Shown here: piece by piece, positions 42,701 to 57,040 of the stretch
Layout of the letters: each line of letters opens with the position of its first letter
Numbering within the stretch: position 1 is the first letter of the stretch
NCBI RefSeq assembly: GCF_009914755.1
Contig: NC_060927.1
Source of the DNA: the human T2T-CHM13v2.0 reference genome, Homo sapiens
Strand: one strand, 5' to 3'
DNA length: 64,000 nucleotides
Program-made: the position numbers and the translations under genes
The notes under the pieces: generated by a model
The model's input: only the letters and a program-made list of their open reading frames with translations
Database searches by the model: none
Told to the model about the DNA's origin: nothing

Positions 42701-44321
42701 TGTATGTGTGTTAGGGGAGTGCAGGGGCCTCTGGGAGCAGGGAGATTTCTTTCAAGGAGCAGAGGGATGATCCAGGGATGTGGGGGAAGAGCCCATGGGT
42801 GCTGGTCTTGGCCCAAGAAGGCTAACTAAGCAAGGGCTTGAACAGGAAGCTCAGTGATGGTGGTCCATGGGGCAAAGGCTATTTGCCCTCCAGCCATTTT
42901 CATGCTTCCTCGGCCAGGATATGCGGAAGACTAAGGTCAGCCTTGGCACAGGCTGCAACTCTGTGCACCTGAGAGGAGGGGTGGATCAGAAGGAAGATTT
43001 CCCATATAATCTGGGGGATCCAGGTACACAGCAATATCCCCAGCCCACATCTTTATACCCAGGGTGTGGGGCCAGGCCCTCCCCACACTTGTTAGCGTCT
43101 AGATGGCTGCTGGAGAGAACTGGTTCTGCAGGTGTATCCATTGGAGGGGTGGGTGGGGTTTTCTTTACCGCTCATCAGCCGCTTTGACTGACTAGAGGTC
43201 AGTTTGTATGTATAGGATGGCAAAGTCCTTCAATTCAGGATGGGGGCAGGGGAGGAAACTCACATTTTCCTAGCACTCCTCTGGTAGGTATTATCTTCCC
43301 CATTTTGCAGATGAGAAACTGAGACAGGAGAAGTAAAGTGAGTTGCCCAAGTTCATACAGGAGTACAGTGGTAAGACTGGGGTTCAAACTCACACTTGTT
43401 CTCTTAATGGTTGGACTGCTTCAGGGTCCTGGGATTGCTGAGATAGAGGTGGCAATGGCAGCAGGAGCAGAGCCTTGAGTGTGGGGTCCCAACTGGCCAG
43501 GCCAGGAAACACCTGCCAAGCCCAGCCCAGGTTCTTTTTCCTCCCCGTGAGCAGATAATCAGGCCTCATGTTTCACCTGGCATGGGCAGGTCTCACAATC
43601 TACTGGGAATAATCAAATATCTCTTATGAACAAGCAATACTTTTTAGGGACTGGACAATTTAAATTTATATTTTAAAATAATTTAATTGCAAGGGCACAA
43701 TCCTGATGGAACAGAAACCACATTTTCATTACTGAGCAGAATACTTAACATCTCAGTCAGAAGCATAGACTGATTCATGGTTGTTCCCAGAAAAAGGAGT
43801 AAGAAATTGCTTTATCTCTGTCTGCATGACTAAAAAGGTCATCATAGTGGGCCCTCCCTGAAGAAAGAGAAGACCTGCCTAAGAACAAATTCCTGCTTAA
43901 ACTCTAGGACGTAAAATCCACTTGGTTGCCGAAGTGACAGTTTTCCAGCTTCAAAAATTAAACTTCACCTGTAGCAATGGGAAGGAGCTTTTAGCTTAAA
44001 AATATTAATTTTCTCTGTTATAAGTTGTTTCCTCGACAGCTGATGCCCTACCTTCAAGCAAGATTGCTTGCGGACCTTAAAAATACTTAGTAATATGGCT
44101 AAAAACCAGTACCTCGGAATCTGCCTTGGGCCTTAACATTGCAGTGTTTGAAGACTGATTCCTCAAATAATGGGTGGTTGAGGATAAAGACTTCACAACT
44201 TGGTGGCCCTTGCTTTAAGTATCAGGGAATTGATGATAAAGCATAGCCATGCTCCAAGCTTCTAGACTTTTACTGAGAGTCTAGACTTTTACTGGGAGTC
44301 TTACGTTAAAAAGAAAATATC

Positions 44322-44648
<327 letters not shown>

Positions 44649-44715
44649 TTAATTTAGATTCATACACAGTTGTAAGAAATAATACAGAAATACATGCATT
44701 AAAAGTGTGTGTGTG

Positions 44716-44891
44716 CACTGGGGCCTATTGGAGAGTGGAGGGTGGGAGGAGGGAGAGAATCAGGGAAAATAAGTAATGGGTCTAGGCTTAATACCTGGGT
44801 GATGAAATAATTGTACAACAACCTCATGACACAAGTTTACCTATATAACAAACTTGTGCATATAGCCCTGAGCTTATAAAAGTTAAAAAAA
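44716..44891 (+). mobile_element. Short L1PA 3'-tail insertion
   Basis: ggtgggaggagggagagaatcagg...aggcttaatacctgggtgatgaaataa; aaaag(g)gtgtgtg flanks. Confidence 0.8.
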
Positions 44892-45267
44892 GGGTGTGTG
44901 TATGTGCGCATTTTCTTCATCTCATGATGCTTCTGAAATGTTTCTACTTGGTCTTTCTGATTAGTAGGAAATCATGCATATGGCACTGTAGCACCCTGAC
45001 CTCTGAGCTGCTCTGCATCAACATCCCAATCACAGAACTAAATGGCTGCATGCTTTTGTTTTCAGTTAATGTTATAAAGGAAGAATTTAGCCACGTATTT
45101 CAGAAATCCAGGCAGTATGGTTTGAATACTGCCTGCAAACTCAGGTGTGTACCTCATAAATGGCCATAAAACAAACCATAATAAAATCAAAAGAGAATGA
45201 AATAGCATATTTATAACTACAATGGAGGAGAAATGTACTTGTGATATTTAAAGTAAAAGAAGATATC

Positions 45268-45577
<310 letters not shown>

Positions 45578-45879
45578 TCATCAGAAACAAAGTGAATCAA
45601 ATCAATTATAAAAGAGTTATGACTTTTGGTCATGAGAAAAGAGACTAAATGACATAAAAAATTAGCAAATTATTTTAATTATTATGAATAAAGCTTACAG
45701 TCTAAAATAGATAAGGAATCAACCATAAAGAGACCTGAATTCTACTTGATAATTTATCAAATGAAATGAAGATATTGTTTACCTATAAAGAAAGGAAGAT
45801 ATCTTCATTAGTATCACCTTTACAATTAATGTCATATTATCATAATGGATAGATTTGCCCTATTAAAATGTCTTTTTAA

Positions 45880-46198
<319 letters not shown>

Positions 46199-46199
46199 C

Positions 46200-46800
46200 T
46201 TTATTTTTTACAAATAGTAATTAACATGAAAAAATGTTCAGTCTGAATAACAAAGAAATACAAATTTGAACAGCTATGAGGTGTCAACTTTAAATTAATA
46301 AAAATAAATAAGATCAATAAAACCCATTGTATTAGATTCTGCACATAAAATCCACATACAAGGCTGGCTGTTCTGTAAGTTGTTACTATTTTCCTGAAGT
46401 ACAAGCTGGCAGTTTGCAATAAGGAATATGAAAACATTCATACCCTTTGACTGTATAATCCCACTTTTGGGAATATACCCTAAGGTAATAATCCAAATTT
46501 TAAAAAAGCCATTATAGAGAGCTATGTATGGTAGGATGTTCATAATAGGGGAAGATGGAAAGTGACCAAAATGCCCAGTGAGTGGGAATGGTTAAGTGAA
46601 CCACAGTGTATCAGAATTCTCTGTGAACACTAAAATGAAAAAATACGTGAATTGTGCTCATATGTAAAAATGTCTATACATCACAATGTTAAATGCAAAG
46701 CAAAGCAGAATGCAGAATAAAATACCACTCTTAAAATTTTATATAAATGGTGTCTGTGCTTTGAAGAGTCTGGAAAAAATGTAGATGGATATAAATAGAT
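46200..46800 (+). mobile_element. Old L1ME-type 3' fragment
   Basis: ataccctttgac...atcccacttttgggaatatacccta. Confidence 0.6.
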
Positions 46801-49392
46801 GAGAATTTTAAATTCATGGGCTATTTTTCCTATAAAATTATTTATTTATACATTTATCAAATATCTATTTGATGAAAATGAAACAGTGGTTAAAGCCTCA
46901 TTACTTGAGTAATCCATGTAGTAAATTATTTTCTTTTTAGCACATGGGGTGTCTCTAGCTTCCCTTAGCGAGCTGACCTCACAATTTCTCCACCTGGGTT
47001 AGCACCAGTGGTAGGGCCTGTTGGCTGCCCAGGAAGACATTATAAGGATGCTGCAAATATCTGTGGTTGGTCATGGAAGAGAGGGTCTCCCTTCATTCCT
47101 TGTTCCAGATACTGTCTTTGTTCTTTCCCCTGAAGTGAATACATCCTCTGAACCTTGAGAAAGACTTCCTACACTCCCGGTTTCAGAGGTGGGACCTAAA
47201 ACAATATAAAGTGAGGTCAAGTTTGGGTTGGGCAGGTGGGGATCTGACCTTATGTTCCTGCTCTAGTGAACTTTTTACCTCGTATGCACCTTAGCAGGTA
47301 TTATTCTTAGGTAACTTCTGATTGCAAGTTCTAGAAAGTCCTGCCTCTATTGGCTCAAAAAAACAGAAAAAATATATTGTCTCTCATAACAAAAACGTCA
47401 TGGTTGGGCACCTCCAGGCTGGTTAACTCCGTGGCTCCAGGTTCTGTTCGTTTTTCCATTCTGCCAGTATCAGAGGGTCAGCTTGGTCCTTTGCTAGTTC
47501 TGATCACGGTCCCAGCATGGCTGTTGTGGCTCCAGTCCACAGACATGATGCGTACTATCAGGACTGTCTCTTACCCTCTCCTTTCCAAAGCAAAAAAAAC
47601 ACTTACCTAAATCTGCCTTACGCCCCACTCCACACCCTGGGAGCCTTTCTTTCATTTCTCATTGGCTAGAACTGCATTCCCTGTTTGTACCTAAACCAAT
47701 TGCTGTTAGGCCCAGTGAGACTTCAGTGAATTGCTATAGTTAGACTTGTCAGGACTTGTTCTTGTAGCTGAGGATTGGGTCTTCTGTCCCTGACATTTAT
47801 TGGTTCCCAAGGTCTTCCCCTCCTGGTCTCGCTAGGAAGTTGGGGCTTTAGCTTCCCTACTCTGCCATGTATTTCCTGAGACTGTGTCTGCATCCAGAGC
47901 CATCAGGCGAGCGACCACATACAGAAAAAAAGCAACGGGGATTCTCTCCATGCTCTGCAGACCCCAGTTCCTGGGTCAGAGAGAGGGGGCTTCCCCACTC
48001 TTGGAGTTTAGGTGCCTGCCTGGTTACTGCTCCCATTGCCCATGTTGTAAGGGAAGAATATTGCCTGGGGGTAGAAACTGAATGAAAAGCAACCCACCCA
48101 GGGTATTTCTCCCACTCTCTCTGACCTATAGGGGCTTTCTTTCTTAGGCCTCAGGTTGGAGTTAGACATTTCTCTTGGAGTTCTTTCTATCCTCATCTAG
48201 TGTACAGCTCAGGTTTCAGATTAACTTTGAATCTAGGCTCAGAGGTATTGAGGGATAAAACCAGGAAACTCACTATTTTTTTTTCTAGTTCTTCGAGTTC
48301 TGGTTTCCTTCCCCAATCTGTTTGCTAGCATTTTACTTTTAGAATCCTTAGCTGCTTCATGCATTCTGTCCAGGCAGAAGTCAGCCACGGTCCTGGGGGA
48401 TGACAAGATTGACTCTCAAGCTAGATTTCCAAAGAATAATTAATATTTGTTTGCCCTGGCTCATGTGGCTGGGAAGTGGCAGAAACAGGAGTCATCCTTG
48501 GTCTGTGGGGCCAAACCTGCATTTTTCACCACTACATCGTTCTACCTCTGGACAGGGAGCACAAGTGAACCAGAGTTCAAGTTAGGTTTGGTTCCTCCTC
48601 ATGGCTGTCTTGGAGGCTCCAGCCTTCCTTTCTTTAGGCTTGTGTTGCCATGTGGTATGAGTCTACAAAGACAAGGCACTCCTCTTGTGCCTCTCATAAT
48701 CTCTTTGGGATTTGCTATTGGTTAGAACGTATGTTCTTACAGAACTGTGGGAGGGAGAGAGTCTTACAGGCTATTAATTCATCTGCATTTCACCAGGGCT
48801 GTCTCAAATAAGGTATCTATAAAATTGTGTTAGGGTTACACAAAGCCTTAGGATGAAAACACAGCATCTTCTCCCAGAGAATTAAATATACTCTAAGGCA
48901 AGTTATTTAAAGTTTTATTTGAACATTAAAACAAATAAGCATATATTATCAGGTAGAATGCAAAAATCACATGAATTTTGAAACATCAAGAAAGGTCAAA
49001 CTTGAGGTAAGATAGAATCTATTCAGACTATCAAGTTTCCTGACTCCAAACCAGGGTTCCTAACATCAACAATAATCACTGTAAATGGACTGACTTATTT
49101 GTCTGACAAATATCTAGTGAATTATAGCCCTTCCCTGTTCTGGGAGTCAGTGTCCTCACATCAGATATGAGGAACCCAGACAGGGGCCCTCTGAGGCCAT
49201 CCATGTTAGCGCTGCTCCTCACTTACTTGCTGTCCGTTCCATACAATGCTGCGATTTTCAGATACATCAACTTCACAGAGAGACCAACATTTACTTCAGT
49301 GGCTGAGGTTTTCACAGCAGACACATTTAAGCAGGTGGCCCTTCTGTACTGGGTATCATCTTGAATGTGAGGAAAGAAAGGTAAGTTGGTTC

Positions 49393-49875
49393 CTTTATGG
49401 GTTGAATTGTGTCCTTCAATAAAGACACATTGAAGTCCTAATCCCCAAAACTTCATAATGTGACCTCATTTGGAAATAGGTTCATTATAGAGATAATCAA
49501 ATTAAAATGAGGTCATTATCAGGGCCCTAATCCAATACGACTGGTGTCCTGATCAAAAGGGGGAAATGTGAATACAGAGACAGACAAGGACAGAGGGAAG
49601 ACGATGTGAAGAGAGAGGCACAGGGAGAATGCCATATGAAGACGAAGGCAGAGATTGGAGTGATGCATCTATAAGCCAAAGGTTCCCAGCAAACCACCAG
49701 AAACTAGGAGAGAGGCATGGAATAAACTACCCCGCACAGACTTCAGAAGGAACCAAACCTGCTGACACTTGGTTTTGGACTTCTAATCCCTCAGAGTGTG
49801 AGACAATACATTTCTTTTATTTTAAGCCACCCAGTTTTTGGTACTTTGTTATGATAGCCCTGGGAAACTAATCCA
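49393..49875 (+). mobile_element. MaLR solo LTR (MLT1C-like)
   Basis: tgggttgaattgtgtcc...gaaggcagagattggagtgatgc...agccctgggaaactaa. Confidence 0.8.
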
Positions 49876-50456
49876 GCTTCTGAAGGCTCAAGAGAAGGAA
49901 GGCTTAGTCATATACAGTCTAGTTTGAAGGATTAAAATGCCTCAGAGGACTTCCAGATAGAGTTGGTAGATTGAATGAAAACACACCTATTTCACCTTGC
50001 TTTTTCCTTGTAAGCTCATGAATAAAAGGGTTTTTGAAACTTATAAATTCACAAAGACAAAGAAAGGGAATCAACCAAGTCAACTAAATATCACGGGTGG
50101 AAAGCAGGTGGGCAAGTGGCAATGGCCTTGACTGACTTGAAAAAGCTAAATCCTAACCTAGCAATGGGTAAATCCAAGAAGCAACTCAACTGGTACCAGA
50201 ACCCTCATGTCCATGTAGGAGACTGGAAGAAATGTCTCCTAGGAGTCTCATCAGACTGAAAGGAAAGACTTAAAGATGCTGACACCCAGGGTCGGCTGAC
50301 AAATAGCCCAGCCAGATTACCTGACTGTGAAGATGAGAGTTGATGAACTCCCACTACATACTTTGGACTTCCAATGACACTTTTAGAGTCACAATCTTGG
50401 GAGCAGATGGTCTAGGATCTCCATGTTATGAAGAAATCTTCTTAGATGTAAGAGAG

Positions 50457-51180
<724 letters not shown>

Positions 51181-51282
51181 TAAAACAGATACAAATATTT
51201 TGAAATAAATAATTCTGTACCAAGAAAAAGTATGAAAAACAACTATCAATAATATTCTCAGAGAGATAAAAGAAGATATTGC

Positions 51283-51563
51283 AGTCCAGGTATGTGGCTT
51301 ATGCCTGTAATCCCAACACTTCGGGAGGGTGAGGCAGGAATTTCACTTAAGGCCAGGAGTTTGAGACCAACTGGGGCAATATAGTGAGATCTTGTCTCTA
51401 CAAAAAATACAAAAATTAGTTGGGCTTGTTGGTGTGCCCTTGCAGTCTCAGCTATCTGGGTGGCTGAGGTGGGAGGATCACCTGAGCCCAGGAGTTGGAG
51501 GCTGCAGTGAGGTGTGATCATGCCACCACACTCCAGCCTGGGTGACAGAGTAAGACCTTGCCT

Positions 51564-51596
<33 letters not shown>
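51283..51596 (+). mobile_element. Alu (AluJ-type) with long poly-A
   Basis: Full dimer. Confidence 0.9.
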
Positions 51597-51598
<2 letters not shown>

Positions 51599-52216
51599 TC
51601 AGCCATGAAACAAACAAACAACAAAAAACGGATTGCTATTAAACAAAGAACTGTTGGGATTTAAAAACATGTGAGATAAAAGTAAACATTCAATAGAAGG
51701 GTTAGAAGAAAAATTTGATGAAATCTTTCAAATGGTAGAAGAAAAATTCTAGTAATAGAAAATTGAAGTGACAATATAAGAAAGTTATAGGACCAGTATA
51801 GGAGGTCCAATATCCAAATAATAAAAGTCAAAGGAACAGAGTATAGAGATAGCAAAGAAGAATACATTATTAAATAAATAAGAGAATTTTTCAGAATTAA
51901 AAACTTGATTATACAGATTGAGAGGTCCCACTGAGTGTCAAACACAATGAGAGAAAATCAGCCAACTCTAAGACGCATTATAAAATTTTAGAACACTGGG
52001 AATGAGGAAAGATGCCAAAAGCCTTTAGAGAGAAAAAGCAGGTTATGTTGTGAGGGTCAGGAATCAAATAGTATTGGAAATCTCAACAGTGACACTGGAA
52101 GTTACTGTAGGATATAAAATAAAACATCAAAATATTGAGATGAGATGACTTTGATGCCCACTTGTATCAGTCAGCGTTCTCCAGAGAAACCAATATGATA
52201 TGTCCAGTGGGATATA

Positions 52217-53020
<804 letters not shown>

Positions 53021-53547
53021 TGTATGTAACATTATATATGTAAAATATATACAAATAGATTTATTTCAAGTAATTGGCTCGTGATCATGGGGGCAGGCAA
53101 GTCTAAAATCTGTAGGGTGGCTGTAGACGCAGGCAGGAATTATTGTTGTAGTCTTGAGGAAGAATTTCTTCTTTTTCAGGAAACATCAGTTTTTGCTTTC
53201 CAAGCCTTTCAGTGGATTTGATGAAGTCCACTCACATTATCGAAGATAATCTTAATCTCTTTTGCTTAAAGTCAACTGATCGTAGATGTTAAGCACATTT
53301 ACAAAATACCTTCAGAGCAACATCTAGATTTGAGTTTGATTAAGTAAGTGGGTACTATAGCTTAGCCAAGCTGACACATAAGACTAATCATCACAAAAAC
53401 TGAACTATCAATTAAGTGTGCTAGTAGAATAAGATGTTTTCAAGGATAGAAAGCCTAAACAATTTTATATGCCATACACCCTTTCTCAGGAAGCTATTGG
53501 AGGACATGTTCCAACAAACCAGGAAATTAAACTGAGCAAAAGGAAGA

Positions 53548-53970
53548 TATGTGTCTCAGATGGACTCCCTCGAAGACTTTGAGACATTGATTCTTGTGCA
53601 AGTGATTTATTAAAGAGACCTATAAAGGAGTGGAGGAAGCAGGACAAAAGAGAGAGGAAGCCAATCAAGTTGTGATTCCAGGCAGCGTTTCATGGAGGGT
53701 GACTTCTATCTGATCCTGGAGAATTCTGTGGTATAAATGACTTCAGAGTTGTCCCAACCTGAGGCAAGGGAGCTGGCTGGCATATTCCCAAACTAGTATA
53801 AGAATCAATTATACTAGTCAATGCTCTGGAGGGTGGGGGCTGGGGGATAAAAATTCCTAGGCACTTGGTTCTCTGGCTTTAGACAAAGCACTTCCAGTAG
53901 CCAAGGGCAGTCTTCTGAAGAAGGTCCGTAGGTGCTGGCTGTTGGAAGCAAAAGCACACTGAAGCCAGGA
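53548..53970 (-). mobile_element. ERVL-type LTR (LTR16-like)
   Basis: Similar start to the 42245 element: tgtctcagatgg...tgagaca...gtgcaagtgatttatt. Confidence 0.45.
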
Positions 53971-55078
53971 AGTGTGCGTGTGTGTGTGTGTGTATGTGTG
54001 TGTGTGCGTGTGTGCACTAAAAGTGGTGAAATGGGGTATAATACTACAAACTGGGATACAGGAAACAGAAGATCCAAAACAGGAAACAAAGCTATCCCTA
54101 GGATAATGGTGAAGGGAAGCCTAAAAACAACAGCTGTGCAAACAGTTCAGATTGCCATAGTGGATCAGAAGACCAGGAGATAATTATTCAAGAAGGCAAA
54201 AATGATTAGATGCTGAATGAGTTTGAACGTAGTAAGAAGATGTTTACATATATGGGGAAGACTTTGAGGTTGAATTCATGATAAGGATATAGAAAACTTA
54301 ACAAACGAAAGACCAAGACAAGCGTAAACTCAAGGGAAAACAAACTGTATTATAAAGTAATGTAATCATAGCTCACAAGCCTCACAAGTAAGTTGTGAAT
54401 AGCATTTACATCATCATAATAATGTAAACACTGAATGTTTTGAATTTAACTAAAATTATGAATCAACTCCATTGGGAGGATCAGGATAGGAAGTAGGTGT
54501 GTGTGGTGTGATTGCAAAGAATGGTGAAAAAGTCGCATTTTTCATATTGGGAAGCCAGTGGATGGTGCAATGAAAAAAATCGAAAAGTAGCAGTATCAGC
54601 ACATTACTTATAGATAGGGGCAAAAATGTCCAAAACATCTTCTAGAAGTTGAAAGTTTTTTCCTCTGGTGGTGAAACTGGGGGCGGGGAGGGGATGGGGC
54701 AGTGTATACAACTGCTATTTTTCATGCAAGTCTTACAAAATGATCTGACTCTTGAAACTGTGTGCATGCAGAACATTTATTAAAAATAAAGAAGTAAATT
54801 AAAAAAGGAAGCAAGTCCTGAAGGCAGAGATGACAGAGATGTCGGAAATTAGGAAGAATAGGAGGCTGATTCAGATATATTTTAGCTGTATTAATTTGTG
54901 TTCTCCCACTCCCAAGCAGGGCCCCAGTAGATAACAATGCCAGCAAGGAGGCTTTGATCTTCAGACTTTAGGAACAAAGAATCTTAGAATTTGAAAAGTT
55001 AAACTCATAGGGTCATAAAAGTTTGCAGTTTTACGTGGACTGAATCTCATTATGACTCATTTTCTAAAACTCCACTCT

Positions 55079-55168
55079 GGCTATAGCGTGCCATGATTGC
55101 ACCTGTGAATAGTCACTGCACTGCAGTCTGGGCAACATAGTGAGACCTTGTCTCTAAAAAAGCAAAAA
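55079..55168 (+). mobile_element. Fossil Alu monomer / 7SL-derived 3' fragment (FAM-like)
   Basis: cacctgtgaatagtcactgcact...ctgggcaacatagtgagacc plus A-tail; ctccactc flanks. Confidence 0.75.
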
Positions 55169-55837
55169 TAACCCTCCACTCAGGTGTTACTTCCTCTAAG
55201 AAAACTTTACTGATCCCTCCCTACATCCCCAAGATGCCTGGGTTTCTTGCTATCCAGCACTCATCAGCCTATAGTAGCAGGTTGTTTACTTGCCTTCTCC
55301 CTCCACTGATGGCCGAACATGTGCTTGCAATCACTTCCAGGTAAATGCAGTCATTTCCAGAATGAACACCATTGTTCAGGAACTCCCACTCTTTCCCTGG
55401 AGCAGCATCAATTTACCTCAGCTTCGTGGAGAGCTCCTGGTGTCTGGTCACAGCAAAAGTCCCTGCTGGCATCTGAGATGTGTAACTGTCTTCCTCTGGT
55501 TTGGTTCCTGGCATCCATCCTAGTGACCTGCTGAGATGTCTGTGCCATTGGTCTGTGCCTTTCTTGTCTTGACCACAGGGACCCTCCTTATCTTCTGTTC
55601 GTCCTAAGCCACATCCTTGAGCCCCCTGGCTGTACTCCTGAGCCTCTATAAGGCCGAGGAAGACTCAGGGTTGGCTATGCCAGGCTCTGTTTGCTCAAAT
55701 GTGTCCTGCTACCATTTTGCTCCACTACATCTGTACCATATTTGGGGCTATGAAACTCTTAGGAACCTCACTTACCCGGCTGGGTCTTTCCTGGGAATGA
55801 CAAACATCCGTTCTCCTACAGATCCCTGAACTAATCT

Positions 55838-56390
55838 GTATTAGTTTCTATTGCTCTACAACTATGTTATCGCAAACTAGAACAACATATATTTATTATC
55901 TCATGATTTCTGTGAATCAGAAGTCTGACTACTGCTTAGCTGGGTTCTTTGCAAGGCTGCAGTCCAGGTGTTGGCCAGGACTGAGTTCTCATCTGAGGCT
56001 CAACTGGGGAAAAATCTGCTTCCAAGCTCACATGGTTGTTAGCAGCATTCAGTTCCTTGCAGGCTGCCAGACTGGGAGGGGGTCTCAGTTTCTTGCTGGC
56101 TGTTCATTGGAGGCTGCTCTCAGTTCCTTGCCACATGGTCCTCTCCATAGGTAATGCACACAGCAGCTGGCTATTTACAGCCAGCAAGGAAGAGTGTCTC
56201 TTTGCAAGATGGGCACTATAATTGTATGTAGCATAATCACATGCACATAATCATGTACATCTCTTACCTTTGCTGTATTCTATTGGTTAGAAACAAGTCA
56301 TAGGGTCCACCTACACTCAGCAGAGGGAATTAGGCAAGGATGTGAATTCCAGGAGGTGGCGATCATGGCGGAATACCTTAAGGTTTGCTC
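55838..56390 (-). mobile_element. MaLR LTR (MLT1F/G-like)
   Basis: tgtattagtttctattgc...aggctgcagtccaggtgttggcc...ttctattggttagaaacaagtca. Confidence 0.7.
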
Positions 56391-56809
56391 CCTGCGAGGT
56401 CTGTCTCCTGGACCTAAAACTCTCACCTGAGGGTGCAGATTCCCACTTCTGCATTAATCTCTGACTCTCCCTGAACATCTTTGTTTCCTCCTGGCCTGTG
56501 GAGTCTTGGGTGGCAAAATTAACTTTCTCTTTTCTCAGGCATGTCTTCTAAATTCTATTGTTTGTAGAAGCCTGGCTTTTTGTACTCAGAAACGAGGATT
56601 TTGAGATTTTTATGCTATGTTCTCTGCCAGAAATTTCAAAACCTAAAAGCCAGAAACTCATTTTTGTTCTTTATTTTTTATGCCTTTCCTTTCCAATTCA
56701 GTAAGCCCAGACTGCCCTAGCTATTGCCTGAGAAGTGGGGAAAGGTCATGGGCAAAAGTGAATGACTGAGAATAATATCACTATGCCCTGAATAATACAC
56801 AGGATCTGC

Positions 56810-57040
56810 TGGAATGAACACAGACGCAACACCAGAGATCTGGGTACAAATCTTGGCTCTACCACTTACTAGCTTTGTGATCATGGGCAAGTCATTAATT
56901 TTCTATGAGCCTCAGTTTCCTCACCTGTGAAATAGTGATAATCATACCTACTCTTATAATGCTGAAAGAATGTTCGTAAAGTCGGTAAGATTCTTTTGTA
57001 AATTATAAAGTGTCATATATGTACGTATTACTATTATAGT
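56810..57040 (+). mobile_element. MIR SINE
   Basis: aaatcttggctctaccacttactagc...gagcctcagtttcctcacctg. Confidence 0.8.

Noticed and set aside
49200-49245. REST/NRSF-like gctgtccg half-site
   Set aside because: The partner half-site (GGTGCTGAA) is missing at the proper spacing.
56347-56362. CTCF-like ccaggaggtggcg
   Set aside because: Lies within an MLT1 LTR end with a core mismatch; not enough support to call.
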